A stretch of 20,470 bases of DNA from Planctomycetales bacterium (GTDB lineage Bacteria > 4484-113). The notes under the pieces were generated by a model. That model had not been told where the DNA came from. It searched no databases and saw nothing but the letters and a program-made list of their open reading frames with translations. Each line of letters starts with the position of its first letter. The first letter of the stretch is position 1. The DNA is taken from contig JBBIRS010000013.1 in NCBI GenBank assembly GCA_037441675.1, positions 1 to 20,470 of the forward strand. Direction: 5' to 3'. This document shows, one piece after another, positions 16,665 through 20,470 of this stretch. The translations under genes were made by a program, and so were the position numbers.

Positions 16665-18170
16665 TTGCGAAGAAGAAGAATAATAAGGATATTAGACAAA
16701 TACCTGTTCGTTGAGGCATTTTCTCTTTATCTAATAGGCGCGTTCGGTTTTCTAGCGTTTCTCATCATAAATCAACTCATTTTGGAGGGGGACAGGCTAC
16801 TTAATCCAAACTTCCCGACAAAAGAAATATTAAAACTGGTTTTTTTGAACGTCCCATACTTTCTAACTTTGACAATACCAGTTGCTGTGCTATTTGCAAC
16901 CCTGATGACCATGGGAAGGCTTGCAAAGGATAACGAAATCGACGCCTTCTTTACCAACGGCATTCACCTGTCCAGACTTTTCCTACCCTATTTCATTCTA
17001 GCTATCGGTAACGTACTTCTGAATTTCTATGTAAACGAAGCATTAGTTCCAAAGGCGAACGCATTAGCTGAGCGCGTTTACGAGAAGTATCCATATCTAC
17101 GCGAGCAGGGCAGTCCGGAAGCTGATCCAACTATTGTGAATCTTCCGGGCGGCGCTTTTTTCTGCTCCTCTTACCTGGACAAGAGCAGTGGAGTTGTTTA
17201 TTACTCCCTTTACGATACTCTCACTAGCGAGATAATTATGAAGTCAAAGAGAGATAAAGCTTCAAAGGGATCTTTAAATGATGATGCCAAAGTCAAAATG
17301 CCTACAGCTGAAAGGACGCAGGATGAGAGAGATAACGATACAAAGAAGGAAACAGATCAAGCAAAAATAACTGATAAAGAGGCTTCATCATTATCCCAAG
17401 AACAACATTCTGAAAGCAAATCACCAAAAGATAAGGATAAGGGCAATCATAGCTTAGAGATACCAGAAATGAAGAATATAAGTACAACCGTAATTCTCCC
17501 CACTGGCACTGAGGCATCGCCACCTCCTGCCCCACCGACTTTTGGTCCTAAGGGTCGCGGCATTCCGGGAGAAACTAAACCAAGCGTTCCACCTCATGAA
17601 ATCACCAATACTTCACCTACTTCAACAGACTACGAAGAGCTATCAGGGCCTGCAATCAACCTTGCCACAAGCGGACAGGTTTCTGAGGAACGGTTAAATG
17701 TATCCAAGTCGTATCTTTATCTTACGGATGAGCAAGGTTTAGTAACTGAGAGAAAAGAAATGCCTTTTATGCAGATTAATCTTGGTCTCCCGCTAAAAGA
17801 TTTAATTAGCACGATACGCACTCCAGAACAACTTTCAAGAGAGGAACTTCAAAGACAAACTGAACTAAAGAGACAAATAGGATTAAATCCAGCCAAAGAT
17901 GCGACGGACTTATACCTCAAGTATAGCATTCCTTTCGCTTCCTTGTTCTTAGCCCTGGTTGGTGTGCCGTTATCATTGCGTGCGCCAAGGGACGAACGTC
18001 TTCTAGGACTGATATTTATTTATATTTTAGGAACAGGATATTACCTTGTTTACTTTATCTCAAAGTTAATGGGATATAACGAGATACTACCTCCCTTTCT
18101 AGCAGCATGGATGCAAAATATAGTTTTCTTTGTTATTGGTATCCTTGTTTTTGCCTTTAGTAGAAAGTGA
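16665..18170 (+). CDS. LptF/LptG (YjgP/YjgQ) family LPS-export permease with a large periplasmic low-complexity insertion
   Basis: ILDKYL, P.FLTLTIPVAVLFATLMTMGRLAKDNEIDAF...GI, NEALVP, KYSIPFASLFLALVGVPL, LPPFLAAWMQN; 3+3 transmembrane layout. Confidence 0.9.
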   Translation: MRRRRIIRILDKYLFVEAFSLYLIGAFGFLAFLIINQLILEGDRLLNPNFPTKEILKLVFLNVPYFLTLTIPVAVLFATLMTMGRLAKDNEIDAFFTNGIHLSRLFLPYFILAIGNVLLNFYVNEALVPKANALAERVYEKYPYLREQGSPEADPTIVNLPGGAFFCSSYLDKSSGVVYYSLYDTLTSEIIMKSKRDKASKGSLNDDAKVKMPTAERTQDERDNDTKKETDQAKITDKEASSLSQEQHSESKSPKDKDKGNHSLEIPEMKNISTTVILPTGTEASPPPAPPTFGPKGRGIPGETKPSVPPHEITNTSPTSTDYEELSGPAINLATSGQVSEERLNVSKSYLYLTDEQGLVTERKEMPFMQINLGLPLKDLISTIRTPEQLSREELQRQTELKRQIGLNPAKDATDLYLKYSIPFASLFLALVGVPLSLRAPRDERLLGLIFIYILGTGYYLVYFISKLMGYNEILPPFLAAWMQNIVFFVIGILVFAFSRK

Positions 18171-19507
18171 AAAAGTCAGATAAAACAAGAATTATTTGGT
18201 TCTATTTTGCAAAAAGATTTGCAGGATTCTTCACAGCCATATTTCATAGGAAAAAAGTTCATAGGGGAAAAATATCTAAAAGAATATTAGAAGTAAGCGG
18301 CGCTAAAGAAGTTAAAGGATATGAAAATGGCTTGAAAAAAGGTTTTGCTGACAAGATTAAACCGATAATCTCATGGCTAACACGAATTAACTTCAAGTTC
18401 CTAACAATTGAGCGCTACGTGTTCTCCGAAGTATGGGGAAGTTTTCTGCTTGGAATGTTTGGATTTACTGTATTTATGATAATAACTTCGATTTTCACGC
18501 TAGGTGACAAGATTTTCTCAAAGCACATTCCATTCTTCACGGTACTGAAAGTAATGCTAATCTCTACCCCAGCCTATCTCGTCCTTGCGGTGCCGGTGGC
18601 AAGCTTATTTGCGACAATAATGGCGGTAACTCGTTTTTCCAGGGACAATGAAATCACCGCTATGTATACCACTGGAGTAAGTCTATATAGAATAATCCTG
18701 CCATTCTTCGGCCTGGCAATTTTTGCAGCTCTCGCGTCTTTCTTTACATATGAGTACATTGTCCCAAAGAATAATCGTGAGTTTAAGAACACTTTATCAG
18801 TCTTTTGGGAAAGCCAAGTAATAGACTACTTAAAGCCCGGAATAGTCATCAAAGCTCCTGAGAAGAAGTATTTCTTCATTGACAAGGTTGACAAGGAAAG
18901 AGGGATAATCTACGGCATTAGGCTTTACGACTACAGCGGTGGAAGGAGTTTCCCGAGGTTGCTTCTTGCGGAATCTGCCCGAATGGAAGGCGGGTTTATG
19001 CTCCTCAACAATGTCCGAGTTTACGAGCCAAAGGAGAGCAACGGTTCCTCTATGGTTAGTGGAGTTACACCCTCTACGAAGGTGGATATAGCACGACAAA
19101 TAAGGGAGTTTACTTCTGAAGATGCTCCTCAGGAACTCTCTCCCCGTGAGCTTAAAATGCGAATTGAAGAACAAAGGAGGATTCTAGGACTTCAGCAGTC
19201 TCCATCCCGCGTTCTTCTGCTCAAGTACACCACAGACCTGACAGAATATTACTTCAAGTTTTCAATACCATTCGCGAGTTTGGTCCTAGTTCTAGTTGCA
19301 CTTCCACTATCAATTCGTGGGCCGAGGGAAGAGCGAAATATAGGGCTCATTCTCACTTTTCTCGTTGTAATGACATACTACGCGCTATTCTTTGCCTGCA
19401 GAACCCTCGGTTATCTAGGATACCTACCAGCAATTGTTGCGGGATGGGCTCCAAACCTAGTGTTCATTGTGGGTGGAGTCATTTTGCTTCTCCGTGCTAG
19501 GAAGTAA
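18167..19507 (+). CDS. LptF/LptG (YjgP/YjgQ) family LPS-export permease
   Basis: TIERYV, PAYLVLAVPVASLFATIM...RFSRDNEITAM...GVSL, EYIVP, KFSIPFASLVLVLVALPL, LPAIVAGWAPN; GTGA overlap with the upstream paralogue. Confidence 0.9.
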   Translation: MKKSDKTRIIWFYFAKRFAGFFTAIFHRKKVHRGKISKRILEVSGAKEVKGYENGLKKGFADKIKPIISWLTRINFKFLTIERYVFSEVWGSFLLGMFGFTVFMIITSIFTLGDKIFSKHIPFFTVLKVMLISTPAYLVLAVPVASLFATIMAVTRFSRDNEITAMYTTGVSLYRIILPFFGLAIFAALASFFTYEYIVPKNNREFKNTLSVFWESQVIDYLKPGIVIKAPEKKYFFIDKVDKERGIIYGIRLYDYSGGRSFPRLLLAESARMEGGFMLLNNVRVYEPKESNGSSMVSGVTPSTKVDIARQIREFTSEDAPQELSPRELKMRIEEQRRILGLQQSPSRVLLLKYTTDLTEYYFKFSIPFASLVLVLVALPLSIRGPREERNIGLILTFLVVMTYYALFFACRTLGYLGYLPAIVAGWAPNLVFIVGGVILLLRARK

Positions 19508-19587
19508 GCAGGGGCATCAAGCTTTTCCAATAGTTGTAAGATATGGGTTGCTTTTGGCCTGCTCAGACAGGGTAGAATAGACTAAGA

Positions 19588-20470
19588 GTGGATATGGAAA
19601 AGGAACAAGCGTTTGTACTGCTTGTGCTGGCGCTCATCCTGATAATTTTCTCCACGTGCGTAGGCGGGAGTAAATCAAGGCTTAGAGCCAACATCGTCCT
19701 CATAAGTGGGATGAAAACGGGCGAGACATCCCTGCTTCATGGCGATGTTTCTATCATCCTTAGAACGAATGGAAGAATGATCTTTAGAGCACGAACTTGT
19801 ATAGCTCCGTAATGAGAGTGGGAGCAAGACCAAACCCTACAAAAAATGCGACACGCATTCAAACCGCCGACAGGGGAGAATAACCGCGTGGAGGATTTGA
19901 CGCTCACGTACAATAGCTATGGAACTTTCACGCTCACTTGGTCTTACAAAAATACTGGCGACTACAACATTGACAGCGCAGTGAACATCATGGACATCTT
20001 ACCTTTGGCGAAGCATTACAACAAAGGCGCGGATGATACAAGGCGATGGATAGACGGGAATGCGGACGGAGTGATAGATGAGGGAGATGTTGAGCCAATA
20101 GCGGAGAATTTCTTTTCTCAGGTATGGGAATACGTGGTTGAGTGAGCGGAGATGGGCGGAGAGTTTGGCTCTCTCGGGCGGGTAGTTGTATCGAGCCGAG
20201 AAGATGGCGGGACGCAAGTCCCAACTCTAAATTTTTCCTTCACCGTAAATGAGGTGGTAGCACTCACTACCTTTCGAGTAGTGCCGGTGGATTATTACGG
20301 CGAGCGTGGAGATGTATCCAACGAAGCTTCTCTACCGGGATCCCCGCCGATAATTTACTCGGTCACACCGATCTTTGGCTTCAAGAATGAGGCATACACG
20401 TTCACCGCGAATGTCGAAGGGACTCGCCCGCTTTCTTATCAATGCGACTTTGGTGGGGGCGCGAACCCTA
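19588..20470 (+). pseudogene. Interrupted secreted surface protein (dockerin/EF-hand-like pair plus PKD), running off the window
   Basis: One frame from 19588: signal-like LLVLALILIIFSTC; TAA-TGA at 19810-15; LTWSYKNTGDYNIDSAVNIMDILPLA...IDGNADGVIDEGDV; TGA at 20143-45; then in frame FRVVPVDYYGERG..SNEA...PIIYSVTP...YTFTANVEGTRPLSYQCDFGGGANP (PKD-like, with C at the usual W). Confidence 0.7.

Noticed and set aside
6145..20145. Alternative genetic code suggested by several in-frame TAG/TGA stops
   Set aside because: TAG, TGA and TAA all end intact genes at expected positions, and the surface-protein remnants also contain TAA stops or frameshifts.

Overview
A bacterial chromosomal window of mostly housekeeping genes. 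In order: a partial DUF1028/Ntn-hydrolase-like gene, nfi, arsM and uvrB (all -); holB (+); a decayed PKD/beta-propeller surface-protein gene; a PSP1/RicT(YaaT) gene (+); an HTH-WYL regulator (-); lspA, dksA/traR and tatD (-); a radical SAM/SPASM gene (+); an ornithine cyclodeaminase/mu-crystallin gene with one in-frame TAG (+); a lipoprotein, tRNA-Leu(TAA) and a YabR-like S1 protein (-); two LptF/LptG-family genes (+); and a second interrupted surface-protein gene at the right edge. I found no integrase, transposase or CRISPR array. The most unusual part is 11.4-14.85 kb. There the radical SAM gene lies between the real tatD start and a degenerate direct copy of it (35/39 nt identical). Next comes a ~205-nt element with five compatible nested helices, a candidate unannotated structured RNA, and then the amber-interrupted cyclodeaminase gene. 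All functional calls come from recognising motifs by eye; no database search or folding program was run.
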